Shown here piece by piece: positions 37,301 to 47,400 of a stretch of 64,000 bases of DNA. Position numbers and translations under genes: made by a program. How positions within the stretch are numbered: the first letter of the stretch is position 1; each line of letters starts with the position of its first letter. The stretch spans positions 8,556,001 through 8,620,000 of the forward strand of contig CM119373.1 of assembly GCA_051294905.1 (NCBI GenBank), in the 5' to 3' direction. The notes under the pieces are model-generated. The model saw nothing but the letters and a program-made list of their open reading frames with translations, did not search any database and had not been told where the DNA came from. Source of the DNA: Botryllus schlosseri. Its lineage: Eukaryota.

Positions 37301-39169
37301 GATACCTGTTGGTATGCATCAATATGGATCAAGCTCGTCACCTATCACATAGCTCAATTTGCACCTTTTTACAATCCATGTGAACGAATTAGGATCGTTT
37401 TCATAACTACTTACTTACTTGAGTACTTTTAAAGTCAGTAAATTCTACTTCTACTTCAAGTAGTTTTAGGTTGCTCATGGAAGAAGTACTTCTACTTGTA
37501 CTTGAGTAGATTTTTTTCGTCGCTACTTCTACTTCTACTTGAGTAGATTTCTTGACTACTTTGACCACCTCTGACTATATATCAATCACCGGTGCTATAG
37601 TTGGGTGCAATGACAAGCGGCCTATAAGCTTTTTGGATTTCCGATGATCATTCTTACGCGGATTTTCTGACAACTGATTCTGTATTGCGTATTGCTTTCC
37701 AATTACAAGAATAGGTTTACCCGTGGAGAATCCAAAGCTTATCCATCGCATCATATATGTGCAATGAAACTGTAAATTGAGAGTTTGATGTGTTTTTTTG
37801 TGTCTTCAACTGTGTACAATATTTGCTACATAATTTCAAGGGGTACGCCATACATGCAGATTATATATAGAAAGACTACGTAGTTCCAAAAAGTTTGAGA
37901 ACCCCTGGTGCGGTGGCTTCAGCCTCCGCGTGCCGCATTTTAGCGCATTCTTGGATGGTACACGGAAAAGCTCATTTTCCACCCCAGAGGAAATGGTGTA
38001 TTTGACTCATTTAAATATACTGGAATGGGTGCGAAAAGAGAATTTTCAACCATAAAGAGCTGATCACCTGTCCTAATCTGAACCCTACGTCATTGTGAAA
38101 ATCGGCGGAACCACCACTTTCAATTGCAGTGCACGTAGCTCTCGAAGATATTCCAGACAGATCCTTAGGCCTATTTAGTAGAGAGTGCGGTTCTTTCGCC
38201 TGGTCGCGAAGCAATTCTTAGCGAAGGTCATAAAAGTAGACACGGGCGATATCCACACCAGTTCATAGCGTTCAGCGCAAAATATACCAGGTGATAACCA
38301 TTTGCATGAGCAAATGGAATCATAATTTGGCAAATTCCCTCAGCCTTCATCTACAGTACACACATGGCAATGATGCACAGTAGGGTTGTTCAAAAATAAC
38401 TTTTCTGTCCGGATTCGAGCAATTCACTGATTAAATTGTCAGGTTACCCTGAAAAAAGCTGCACAACAAATTTGGTTCCATTCCAACATGTATAAGATAC
38501 CGCAGAGCCAGTTAAAATTTTCAATTTTAAGAAAAATTGAAAAAAAAAATCAAATTTTACTGTTAACCCCATGAAATTATTGAGTTGTCTTCAAAAACGA
38601 TGGAAAACAAATTCGACTCAATTGAGCTAGTAGAAGTAGAAGAAGAGTTATTTGAGTTTTTCGTGAATAATTCTCGGATTATCTTGGATTGGTTGATAAT
38701 CCGATAATTATCAACGAAAAACTCAAATTACTCCGCTTCTACTGTTGGTGGGAATTGGGTCAAATTTATTTTACAGCGTTTTTTTAGGGTACCCTGACAA
38801 TTTAATCACTGAATGGTTGGAATCCGAAGAAAAAACAGATATTTTTTAACAACCTTAAAGCACAGATAAATAGCAGTACCGTCGGCATTCCAAAAGTATA
38901 CCGCACGCTCCTCACAACGTGTGATTCGCCCAATTTGTGGCTTAATAATACTCAACATGAATTTGAATCAATCAGGGGTACTCGAATTCACCACTTCCAC
39001 ATGGATATATTTAGTATGAAGTATAATTTCTGGTTGACTGCATTGATTGTGCATGAAATCTGCCAAAATATATGAGATAACACCAAAACAGCGCCGTTGG
39101 AACTTACCTCGTAAGCGCAACTAGGCTGGCGAGAAGCGCGAGAGTTTCCCAGGAAAACAAGCACCACAT
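10240..39169 (-). CDS. CYP3-like: Cytochrome P450 clan 3 (CYP3-like) gene 1, complete, 13 exons, 507 aa
   Basis: Spliced by hand: join of 39108-39169, 35564-35663, 34951-35003, 34635-34731, 33187-33401, 26594-26748, 24237-24364, 22999-23080, 17371-17531, 16261-16349, 16061-16198, 12385-12541, 10240-10326 = 1524 nt, open frame, all introns GT-AG and phase-compatible. Motifs: N-terminal TM anchor, WKRIR, LAGYETT (I helix), ETLR (K helix), NPER, [10 protein letters not shown] (heme Cys). Confidence 0.95.
11353..11575. mobile_element. TAGGGTTACC-family MITE (degenerate)
   Basis: TAGGGTTACCA...TGGTAACCGTA termini and GTCCTC motifs shared with the copies at 54096, 56369 and 61564; TSD decayed. Confidence 0.65.
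12385..12541 (-). CDS. CYP3-like gene 1 exon 12 (heme-binding, [29 protein letters not shown]...)
   Basis: FxxGxRxC heme signature; ctacag acceptor, GTAATT donor. Confidence 0.96.
13377..14467 (+). mobile_element. hAT (Buster/Charlie-type) MITE, CAGTGGTTCTCAACC family
   Basis: 15-bp TIR; TSD CCATAAGG/CAATAAGG with central TA; GGTCCGCG subterminal motifs. Confidence 0.9.
14810..16018 (-). mobile_element. hAT MITE, CAGTGGTTCTCAACC family, inverted copy with a nested CAGGGGTGTCAAA-family fragment (~15272-15790)
   Basis: Perfect TSD GTGTAATA; TIRs intact; lies about 40 bp from the exon 11 donor. Confidence 0.9.
16061..16198 (-). CDS. CYP3-like gene 1 exon 11 (NMRLCDEQITINGFTIPKGT...HDPEYWDEPMVFNPE)
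   Basis: IPKG and H.DP.YW..P..F.PER motifs; separated from exon 10 by a 62-nt intron. Confidence 0.95.
16261..16349 (-). CDS. CYP3-like gene 1 exon 10 (GKFDYDNVNNMKYLEMCVNETLRLYGTGT)
   Basis: ExxR K-helix motif; cgcag acceptor, GTAACA donor. Confidence 0.93.
17371..17531 (-). CDS. CYP3-like gene 1 exon 9 (I helix, MEPNEIVGNSILMILAGYETT...QEKLQNEID)
   Basis: AGYETT and P.VQEKLQ.EID motifs; 161 nt. Confidence 0.95.
17642..18143. mobile_element. hAT MITE (CAGGGGTGGCCAACC TIR)
   Basis: Perfect 15-bp TIR; decayed TSD ATCTATTG/CCCTAATG. Confidence 0.8.
18264..19412. mobile_element. hAT MITE (CAGAGGTCTCAAAC TIR)
   Basis: Perfect 14-bp TIR, perfect TSD GTTTAGAC, GGCCCGC subterminal motifs. Confidence 0.92.
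19639..21269 (-). mobile_element. hAT MITE, CAGTGGTTCTCAACC family, with nested truncated CAGAGGTGGTCA element (~20059-20790)
   Basis: Perfect TSD GTGTAGGA; the nested part is homologous to 36271-37573. Confidence 0.88.
22072..22876. mobile_element. hAT MITE (CAGGGGTGTCA TIR)
   Basis: TIRs CAGGGGTGTCA / TGACACCCCTG; perfect TSD ATCTACAT. Confidence 0.92.
22999..23080 (-). CDS. CYP3-like gene 1 exon 8 (RDRVDILQLMLENEISEEHAKSEKFEK)
   Basis: RVD.LQLM H-helix motif; ttcag acceptor, GTAACG donor. Confidence 0.92.
24237..24364 (-). CDS. CYP3-like gene 1 exon 7 (IFPPFEWMITYFNISLFARKSVTYFTSLVNKVIHQRKEDPTL)
   Basis: F/G helix region, 128 nt, phases 1/0 fit neighbours; ttccag and GTGAAT sites. Confidence 0.9.
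24617..24640. repeat. (ATT)n microsatellite
   Basis: About 8 perfect ATT units. Confidence 0.9.
26594..26748 (-). CDS. CYP3-like gene 1 exon 6 (LFLRLSLDIMCSAAFGTDVNSQDD...SPMLLLC)
   Basis: SLD...S.AFG.DVNS E-helix motif; ttttcag acceptor, GTGAGT donor. Confidence 0.93.
27260..27293 (+). ncRNA. Minimal type-I hammerhead ribozyme motif, copy 2
   Basis: Same motif; core intact, stem III palindrome mutated to AATACT; flanking ~100 bp homologous to copy 1. Confidence 0.65.
27944..29077 (+). mobile_element. tRNA-derived SINE family 1 interrupted by a hAT MITE
   Basis: Head GGTGAGATAGCG at ~27945; B box GGTTCGAGTCC at ~28813 after the MITE; 13-bp TSD CTATCAATAGCAC (27931-27943, 29078-29090). Confidence 0.82.
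27965..28805 (+). mobile_element. hAT MITE, CAGTGGTTCTCAACC family (older, degenerate), inside the SINE head
   Basis: Degenerate left TIR, right TIR GGTTGAGAACCACTA; interior homologous to 13377-14467. Confidence 0.8.
29146..32433. mobile_element. 3.3-kb foldback-like DNA element with long inverted arms and degenerate coding relics
   Basis: Termini TATAGATAACTAAGGTAAACC / GGTTTACCTTAGTTATCTATA; near-identical mirrored ORFs 29155-29364(-) and 32215-32424(+); 7-bp direct repeat GTTTTAG on both flanks. Confidence 0.85.
33187..33401 (-). CDS. CYP3-like gene 1 exon 5 (RSLAKITGKQMNQRLTAAEGPQWKRIRSSLSPTFSTSKLRHM...FKSR)
   Basis: WxxxR and LSPTFS..KL motifs; atttcag acceptor (phase 0), GTGAGT donor. 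Confidence 0.93.
34221..34364. repeat. ~144-nt foldback (32-bp outer arms with 1 mismatch plus inner hairpin)
   Basis: CTCCTTTTGTTGACACAGCCTTGGCTGGTGTA / TACACCAGCCAAGGCCGTGTCAACAAAAGGAG; inner CAAGGCACACAAA / TTTGTGTGCCTTG. Confidence 0.8.
34499..34533 (+). ncRNA. Minimal type-I hammerhead ribozyme motif, copy 3 (core mutated, likely inactive)
   Basis: CTCACGA instead of CTGACGA; rest conserved (GTGTCAGCCGAAAATATTCGGG). Confidence 0.55.
34635..34731 (-). CDS. CYP3-like gene 1 exon 4 (CYNFFTPSITFHDPDILRQIQIKQFHSFPTRK)
   Basis: DPD..R.I.IK.F..F..R pattern of clan 3; ttttag acceptor, GTGAGC donor. Confidence 0.93.
34951..35003 (-). CDS. CYP3-like gene 1 exon 3 (KAFTYDNEMKQKYGPIWG)
   Basis: 53 nt, KYG motif, ttcag acceptor, GTTAGT donor; paralog at 1254-1306. 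Confidence 0.93.
35564..35663 (-). CDS. CYP3-like gene 1 exon 2 (YYIHRKWQYLREMNIPHDPPSLRQFGHMVPMKR)
   Basis: CAG acceptor, GT donor; proline hinge; highly similar to paralog exon at 3930-4035. Confidence 0.93.
36271..37573. mobile_element. hAT-type MITE (CAGAGGTGGTCA TIR, CTACTT subterminal repeats)
   Basis: 12-bp TIR; perfect TSD ACTATATA. Confidence 0.9.
38381..38857. mobile_element. hAT-type MITE (TAGGGTTGTTCAAAAATAAC); related copy at ~23380-23745
   Basis: Imperfect TIRs; TSD ATGCACAG/AAGCACAG. Confidence 0.75.
39108..39169 (-). CDS. CYP3-like gene 1 exon 1 (MWCLFSWETLALLASLVALT)
   Basis: ATG at 39169, hydrophobic membrane anchor, donor AG|GTAAGT, phase 2. Confidence 0.9.
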
Positions 39170-40585
39170 ACTATGTAACTGTGAATTTATTTCAAGTTTG
39201 GATACCTGGAAATTATTCAAGCCGGTTACAGTGGCGTAATACGAGTTCTGCGTACGGTGCGTATACGCTAAGCAAGATTCAATTTACCCGTATACATATT
39301 TAAACAGCTTCTCTGTCTAAACACTCTTATTTACAGTTTCTAATTTCGGTGTACGAAAATACTAATTTCAGTAGACAATATTCACTGAATGGGCTTGCTT
39401 GTTTCTGATCGCCGTGTTGCGTAGAAGGATGCGCGCTGCGAGCCGTGATTATTGTGTGAAGTTAGATTGGATGTGGTGGACATGAATCAAGATTCAAGAA
39501 TACCACATAAGCACTAATGGCGACTGCATTAGTACCGTTTGGAATTGATTTAGCATTTTGCAAATTACGTACAACCATTGCTTGGGTTTTCGTTTTATGG
39601 TGTTCGACATCCGCATGTTAATTGACGTCAGACATATAGAATTGCTGCTGAAGCTGAACCCATCGATAAGTGGATATTATGGGTGGCGATGGAGCCAAGG
39701 TAAATTGGTAACACTTTAGCGCTGTTTCATTAGCGACATATCTCGGTTCATATGGATTAAAAATTTAGCCGTTTTATGGACGGATGACCGGAGTGCATGA
39801 GATACATTGAGCAATTGAAATCTATCCACTAAAGCCATTCCCAAAGATGCGATTAAAATATATCGCGGGCAAAGCCTTATTTAGATCCGCCATTTATTCT
39901 GACATAGACGGTGCAATACTATCGGTTGGAAACGAAATACTTGAGTCAGCCAATCTGCAGAGCACAGCTTTGACAGGTCTACATTTGTTGTCTCCTTAGT
40001 CTATAGTTTCATCGCCGTCAACGCGCCTCATCTGAATGATATTCCTGCCCTGCGCATCGAATATATATCACTAGGAAAACGATATTAGCGTTTTTCTACG
40101 AACATATCCTAGTATGCGCTATGTGTTAAAGGTTGCATCAGCCGCACGGTTTGTTTGATGAGTTATTTTCTGCGATACAATCTGCAATCATGTGTACATT
40201 GCAGCGTTTTGTTGCTCAGCATTTTGATATTACAATTTCATTCATAACGCCGGTGCGAAACATGAATGAGATGACGCGAACAAATATTTCTTAGCGGCGG
40301 CGCATGATGAATGTATATCAAAACGTATATAGACCACGATAGTCATTTAGAAAGCCGCATTTTAAACTCAACCTAACACTCGTATTCTACTCCTTATCCA
40401 TAAAGCCAAGTCGGTAGCCGATAGGTCATTAATTCATTGGCAACTTCCTTGGCAATTTCGAGTGGTGCTGGATGCCTTGACATTATTATGTAGATTTTCG
40501 GAATCGGTCAGTTTTATCTCGTCTCTTTCAAATCTCTCTTTTCGTGCTATTCGTGAACAGTATTGCGTAGATTTTGGTACATAGG

Positions 40586-40978
40586 TAGGGTTGCATTTAA
40601 AACAGATAGTTGTTTAAACAGTGTTTTAAACAAAGGCTTTTAAAAAAATTGTGTTTTTTTCAAGTTGTATGATTATGCCATAATTGTGTAAATACTTTCT
40701 AAAGAAACATGTCGTATGAGCCTACGGATGATTTCCACCCGATATAGCCGACGTATACGATATGAGATGGTTGGACTGTCGGTTCAACAGCTATAGTACG
40801 TAGATATTTCGTCAGAGGAGCTATAGTTACCCGATATTTCCAATTGTCAATGTCAATCCACTATGACGGTCACAATTAAATATTCGTGGCGTCATGGCTT
40901 TTAAAAAAAACGTTTTAAACAAGGCTCTTTTTTTAAACATGCTTGTTTCAAATTTATTTTGTTTTAAATGCAACCCTA
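40586..40978. mobile_element. hAT-type MITE (TAGGGTTGCATTTAAAACA), inverted relative to 8630-9062
   Basis: TIRs intact; TSD TACATAGG/TATATAGG. Confidence 0.88.
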
Positions 40979-41979
40979 TATATAGGTGATCAAAATTTGT
41001 CATTAATGAACATTATGAGACAAATACCAATATAATTCACTATTATAATGTATCCTAAATCAGGATTTTATCATTTTGCGAAAATGGCCACCGACGCAAG
41101 GTGAACGAACTTGCGTCCAACTTGAACTCCTGCGCGAGCACAACATAGGCTACTACACTGAGGACTTAATTAAATTTGGAAGGAAGACCCTTACCGCCGC
41201 TATATGCACTTCTCTCTCTATATAATATAGTTCCGAACGAACAGTGTGTTTGATTTACACCGTGGTGTATGTCTGAGGTAGGTTCTAGCTTCGTGTAACA
41301 GGGGTGTATATTCACACCCATACATAACGGATGTTACACATGTGTGAATATGAATACACACCTTTTCGCTAAGAGTGTAGGACTTATAACAGGCGATAAG
41401 CATAATAAAAACCATGCTGATACCACAACTACAACGTTACTGAGTGTGCGATGTCACAGGGAATCAAATCATGTTGTTTATAATGCATTATACAGCTAAA
41501 CGTTCTATTTGTTGATAAACCTGTTGATGTTGAGGGATTCTATCACCTTACAAAGGAAATGCTACGACGCCACTTCGGACGTTGTAAACACCATACAGTT
41601 TATGGCGTTACTAAGCGACTGTGCTATTACAATGGAACATATTCGCCTTTCCGAACCTTAAACAACGAAAACTTGCAAGCTTTTCCATTATTTGGATAAA
41701 TGAAACATCAAATTTTAAATTGATTTTTATAAACTTGTGAGATTTAACGGGACCCCGCCGACGGGACACGTCTAATATCAAGAGGCAGCTTTAGGTGAAG
41801 TTTCCTATATTTCCTTCGAGTTTCATACATTTTCTCGGAACTACACATTGGTTAATCTGGATTCGGTCTGCAAGCTCAAAGAATTTTGAGAACCACAGAT
41901 TTGGGGTCCTTCTTTACCCTGTATTCTAGTAAGATTAGTTGTCGTAGATGCATTACGCAGTGTCAAAAATGAAAATCTT

Positions 41980-42300
41980 GGTCGATCTCAGAAGTAACCG
42001 ACACCAATCCGGCTTTGCAGAATACTTGCAGTAATTGCTCATGCAATAGGAAATGACTCGCCATGGTCATTGCTCACGCACGAACGCTTTCTCGCGTCAT
42101 TTCGTACAAAATACACTCACTGGAGAAATATAGCTCAACTTATTGCTGCCGTGTTTCCGATATTTGGTATGGCGCTACATTTTGCTATTCGGATTGTCAT
42201 GAACAAGCTTTCTCAGCCAATGATCAGATCCGTTACAAACACGATCAAATAAAAGTCTGCGGATTCCGAATGACTGCTGTCTCAGTGCAAGGTCTAAAGT
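41980..42300 (+). pseudogene. Highly degenerate hAT transposase C-terminal relic
   Basis: Frame-shifted fragments LVDLRSN, PWSLLTHERF and CHEQAFS resemble the hAT dimerization region (LIDLQ.., FWSL...F, CEQAFS). Confidence 0.35.
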
Positions 42301-42724
42301 GTACGGTATGATTTAAAACTATGACTGTTCACTGTTCAGTGTCCGTGATGAACTTTGCCAACGTTCGCCTGATACTGCAATTTACAAAAGCCTTTCTCAA
42401 TGACCTATTTGCCCTTTCAGTGATGTGGGCCTACTCTACTGTGATTGTGCAGTGTGCACGCCGACAGATAAGCTTGGCGAGAAATAAAATGACCTTGCAT
42501 TGACTAGTGATAAAATGTTATTGAAACTGTCTGATAAAGTATTATTTTATTACCAATATATTGCTCAGGGATCGACACCGATATTTGCCCTTGATTTATC
42601 GTATATGGAAGTCTAAGGGCGAAAAAATCACGGGTCGGAAGGGAAGATGTATTCCACGGTCGAAGACTACCCTGCTTCTAAACAATGTTCAAGTAATTTC
42701 TTACGGAGCGACATAAATTTGGAT

Positions 42725-43246
42725 CAGGGGTGTCAAATATACGACCCGTGGGCCGCATCTGGATCTGCATCTGGGTCGCATCTGGATCTGCAGACGATTT
42801 CCTCCGGCCCGCGAGGGAATTCTGAGTAATTAAAAAAATTGTATTATCTAGCAAATTTCAACGTCGGCGTTTGCAATCGCTTGAATTCCTCAAAACGAAT
42901 TCGCAGGCAAGGTCAACGACGCACCACGACTAAATCAATGGCAGCATAGAAAAAGTCTCAACTTATATCGTCGTTGGAGTCACTGGTTTAGTGGTTTATA
43001 ACAGTATTCAATCGGCCAATCGTGTATTTCTGCCAATTCTATTGTTTGTCAATGTTGTTGCACAAACAGAGTCCACTTAAGTCGTGTCATAACTATATTA
43101 TGCACAGCGTGGATATTAAGCATTCCAGTGAAAAACAAGGGTATACATTTGTAGGTACCATATTGGAATCATTTGAATGGTGCGGCCCACGAGGTATTGA
43201 AGCTTCTGAATCCGGCCCGCGATCAAATTTGAGTTAGACACCCCTG
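42725..43246. mobile_element. hAT MITE (CAGGGGTGTC TIR)
   Basis: TIRs intact; TSD ATTTGGAT/ATTTAGAT. Confidence 0.88.
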
Positions 43247-44472
43247 ATTTAGATGGTCAGGGCGATACTTTGACGTTTTAACGGATATCTATTCGTCAGA
43301 ATGCGTCGCTACTGACACCGATATACCGTATTGGTCATTCGCGAGAGTCTACGTTTCATTCATCAATTGCGAACATTATTTTTATTCATTGTAAATGCTG
43401 GACGGGGATATAAAATTTTATACTTTCTCCTCTCTTACTTATATTGACGTCATAGGCACAGTTCCGAAGTGTTGTCTCGCAGGGACTCTTTATGACTTTT
43501 GTAATACACTTCGATTGATCAAACATGTACTTGTACAATATTTGATCGCATCCATCGCATTTGGTCGCATCCAGCAACACATACGCGGTGATCAATCATT
43601 AACGTACTGTGTACTGTGTAGTGATGTAACAAAATAAAAGCATGATGCAATCTCTATGATCTAATAAGTCGTGTGTGTGTGTTCAAACAGTTATATGCAC
43701 GGGACTTGAAGTCCCGTGCATATAAGACAATTTGCACGTAAACAAAACGGCAATCAACTTGATTGAACACTAAACAGTGCTTAACCTAACCGTAGTTCAA
43801 CTGTAGTGTGATTGGTTTACACAGCAATGATTCTTAAATGGCGTTCGAAGGTATCAAATTAATGCCCCTATTAGACAAAAGGCCCAGATGTAATAATGGC
43901 TGTTTGAAGAGAGCATTCAGTCCGCTGTAAAATAATGATAGATGTCGAAACACTGTTGTTGTTGATTATTATTTGATTGGCGATTATAACGCAAGCGGTT
44001 TTGTTCGTCACCCGAAACACTGTGATTACTAATAAAATAACTATTTTCAGCTGCAATAATCAAAACAACCCGGAGTGGAGAACGGCTGCTTGACGATTTG
44101 TATCTCTACGTTGTTTTCACATTGCGTTACACAACACGTAAAGTTGAAGGATTCTGCGAGTGCCTTCGTAGGACTGTGCTGTGTGCATTGTGCAATCATA
44201 TGTGTCTGTGCATGAGAAAGCATTCAAAAATATCCTAGCTGTGTTCTTAGCAGAAAGCCAGCTAGGCTGAAATATTATCCTCAACTGCCGAAGACCAGGA
44301 CTGATTGGTCTGGGATTTCCTGCGGAAGTTGTTGGAAATCATGTAAGGATGCGTGATACATGTTTCCCCTGTTCTGTTCAACACATTGATGAAAGCATTT
44401 GTTTTCACGAATGGCCTTCATAAAAGCGATTGCCAGAAATTCACCTTGGCTCAGTTCGGACTGTTGCATGTG

Positions 44473-47400
44473 CAGTGGTGGCTTTTGGGGTAGGCGAGGT
44501 AGGCGGTCGCCTAGGGCCCCCCCTGGTTGATTTACGCGCTTTCGAGGGCCCCCCCTCCTCGGTTTACGCGCTTTTTCCAACTATTTCTCCGGTTTACGCG
44601 CTTTTTTTCAAGTATTACCATTTTCTGAATAACCGCGGAATCCTTGTATCCATAAAGAATATGGTATTGTACAGTAAAGACAGGTCAATCATCAAATCTC
44701 ATTTTTTAGTAATCATTTTACGAATAACCACAAAAATCCATGCGCCAATTTAGAATATGGTACCGTAAGCAGTAGTCGATCATTAAATTTCTGAGCTAGT
44801 TGCAAGAGCTCACTTTGATTTGATGATCTCTATCTATTTTGCCATTAGCTAAAGGGCCCCCCCTCCTACATTTACGCAAATGTTATCATTTTGCAAATAA
44901 CTGTGAAAATACGTGTACCCATGTAGAATGTAATACCGCACACAGAAGTCAATCATTAAATTACTGCACCTGCTAAAAGCTTACTTTGATTTTATGAGGG
45001 GGGGCCCCTTCTTCATTTACGCGATTTTTGGTTATCATTCTACGAATAACCGTAAAAATGCATGTACCCATGTAGCATATGGTACCGTAAACAGTAGTCG
45101 ATCATTGAATTTCTGCATCCGATTAAAGAGCTTACTTCGATTTTATGACCCCCCCCCTACATTTATGCGAATTTTAGTTATCATTTTGCGAATAACCGTG
45201 AAAATGTATGTACCGATGTAGAATATGGTACCGTAAACCGTCGATTATTAAATTTCTGCATCTGCTAAAAGAGCTTACTTTGATTTTATGAGCCCCCCCC
45301 CCTTACATTTATGCGAATTTTAGTTGTCATTTTACGAGTAACCGTGAAAATATATGTACCCATGTAGAATATGGTACCGTAAACAGTAGTCGATCATTAA
45401 ATTTCTGCACCTGCTAATAGAGCTTACTTTGATTTTATGAGCCCCCCTCCATTTATGCCAATTTTAGTTTATCATTTTGCGAATAACCGTGAAAATACAT
45501 GTTGGCCTACCCATGTAGAATATTGTCTTGTAAACGGTGTTCGATAATTGAATTTCTGTGCTTGTTAAAAGAGCCTACTTCGATTTTATGTTAATGAGGT
45601 CGTGTTGTAACATGGAATGAATTATTTGTGAGTATATATTTCCTAGTGGCAGCAGTGTATATTTCAGTGCATCAAAATTTTCCAGTATAAGTTTGTGAGA
45701 TTCTACTGGCTAGCTCTTGATGCCAGCTTTCATATGATACCGTATGTTAATTGATAATGAACCGTGTCCACACTGAGCCTGAATATCCAAAATATCAAAG
45801 GAAATAGTCATTTGAAAGCCAATGAAAGCATAGGCTATTATAGCCTATTGAGCCATTCTCTTGACTCAACATATAAGTTGTGAATTGGGCCTTTTCTGAA
45901 TGGAAATCCATTCTCAGGGTTGTCATGATGGTAAATTTGTTCATTTCTTGTCTGCGGATTAGCAGCGTATTTTCAAAGCTTTACCATGCTCAATGTGCAC
46001 CCGGTACAGTCAGTCAGAAAGTGTTTATGGTGTTGTCAGAAAGTGTTTTTTTTATCACAGGTGGATGTCTTTTAATTGGTGGTGTACTATAGATAGATAT
46101 GCAATACATCTTGCATGCAGGAAAGTTTCTAGCGGCCTGATGCCTGATATTTTATGCCTCAAAAATCTATGTCGATACTTGAAAGGTTTGAATGGCTATC
46201 AGTCAGAAAGGTGTACGAAAGGCTACATATATTCAATTTGTTGTGAGGTTGATAATTTAATGTGATGTCACAGAAAAAGACCAAAATGTGACCAAACAAT
46301 TAGCAATGGAATCAATTTCTGCAGGGCAGAGGAAAGAATTAAATGATCACAAGGCAAGTTTTTGCAACTTTTTTTCAGCTTCTGGCAGCTTCCTAAATAC
46401 TCGGAAGTTATGTAGTATGGTGTTTTAAGCTGTTTCGAGGAATCTTATATCGCGACTTTTCTTCATTTTTTCAAGCAACTTTTTGCAGCTTTTCGATTTT
46501 TCATGCAACTCACTTTTTCCTGGAAATATTTGGTACTTTATGTAAATAGATCGCTTGATTATCATCCCTGTCGTTTAAATTTGAGGTCATTTCTCAGTTG
46601 ACATACATTCAGGCTAGACAGCCGTAAATTATATTAGCCTACTACTGGTTCAATTTTTTCAGGCTATTGATTTTGTTGAAGGCGCCAACACTGAGTTTTA
46701 CGACAGTGCCTTGGATACGCATCGATTCGAGTATCTCATACCTTAATAATGTCAAGAAACTTATCCATAAATGTACTTTTTTAGTGTAAGTTTAGTGAAT
46801 ATTAAATGCAACTTTTTACTTCAACTTTTATGAAAAATATGTGCAACTTCCACGGATTTGACTGCAACCAAAATTTGCCCTAAGATCAGTTGTTGCATAA
46901 GACAATTTTGACCATTACACTCTTGAAATGGGCTACCAGTTACAATAAATGTGACTCGGTAAACAGCATATTTAGTAAGGCGCACTCGTCAGTTGACAAC
47001 CGTACCTTTCATTAGCTACGATGAGTTTGGTATCACTCAGTTATATGTTATGTTGTAATTGGTAGCATCAGTATCTCCTAATTACTGCAGTCAAGTATCT
47101 GTTACAATGCCGCGAGTACATGCTAAATGTAAGTCAGGATCTCAGAAAAGGAAGTGGTTCAGATTTGGAAAGAAAGTGACAATGCAAATTTTGAACTGCG
47201 ACACAAATATTTAACCATCTTTTTCAGCTCAGGAATGTTCTGCACAAATTGAGGATGATGCTGTTTTTCCACCAACTATATTGCCTTGTAGACTTGAATG
47301 ATGTAACAGTGCTTTCAAATACGTATATTGTATTTGATTGTAGTGGTCTTTTGTCTATGCTAGTTGTGGCGTTTTAGGTTTAATCCAACCAGGCAAGTTC

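Noticed and set aside
39500-40100. Possible Helitron or Harbinger coding relic upstream of gene 1
   Set aside because: Translated fragments gave no convincing motif. Only the dispersed-repeat similarity of ~40110-40290 to ~50810-50960 is evident.
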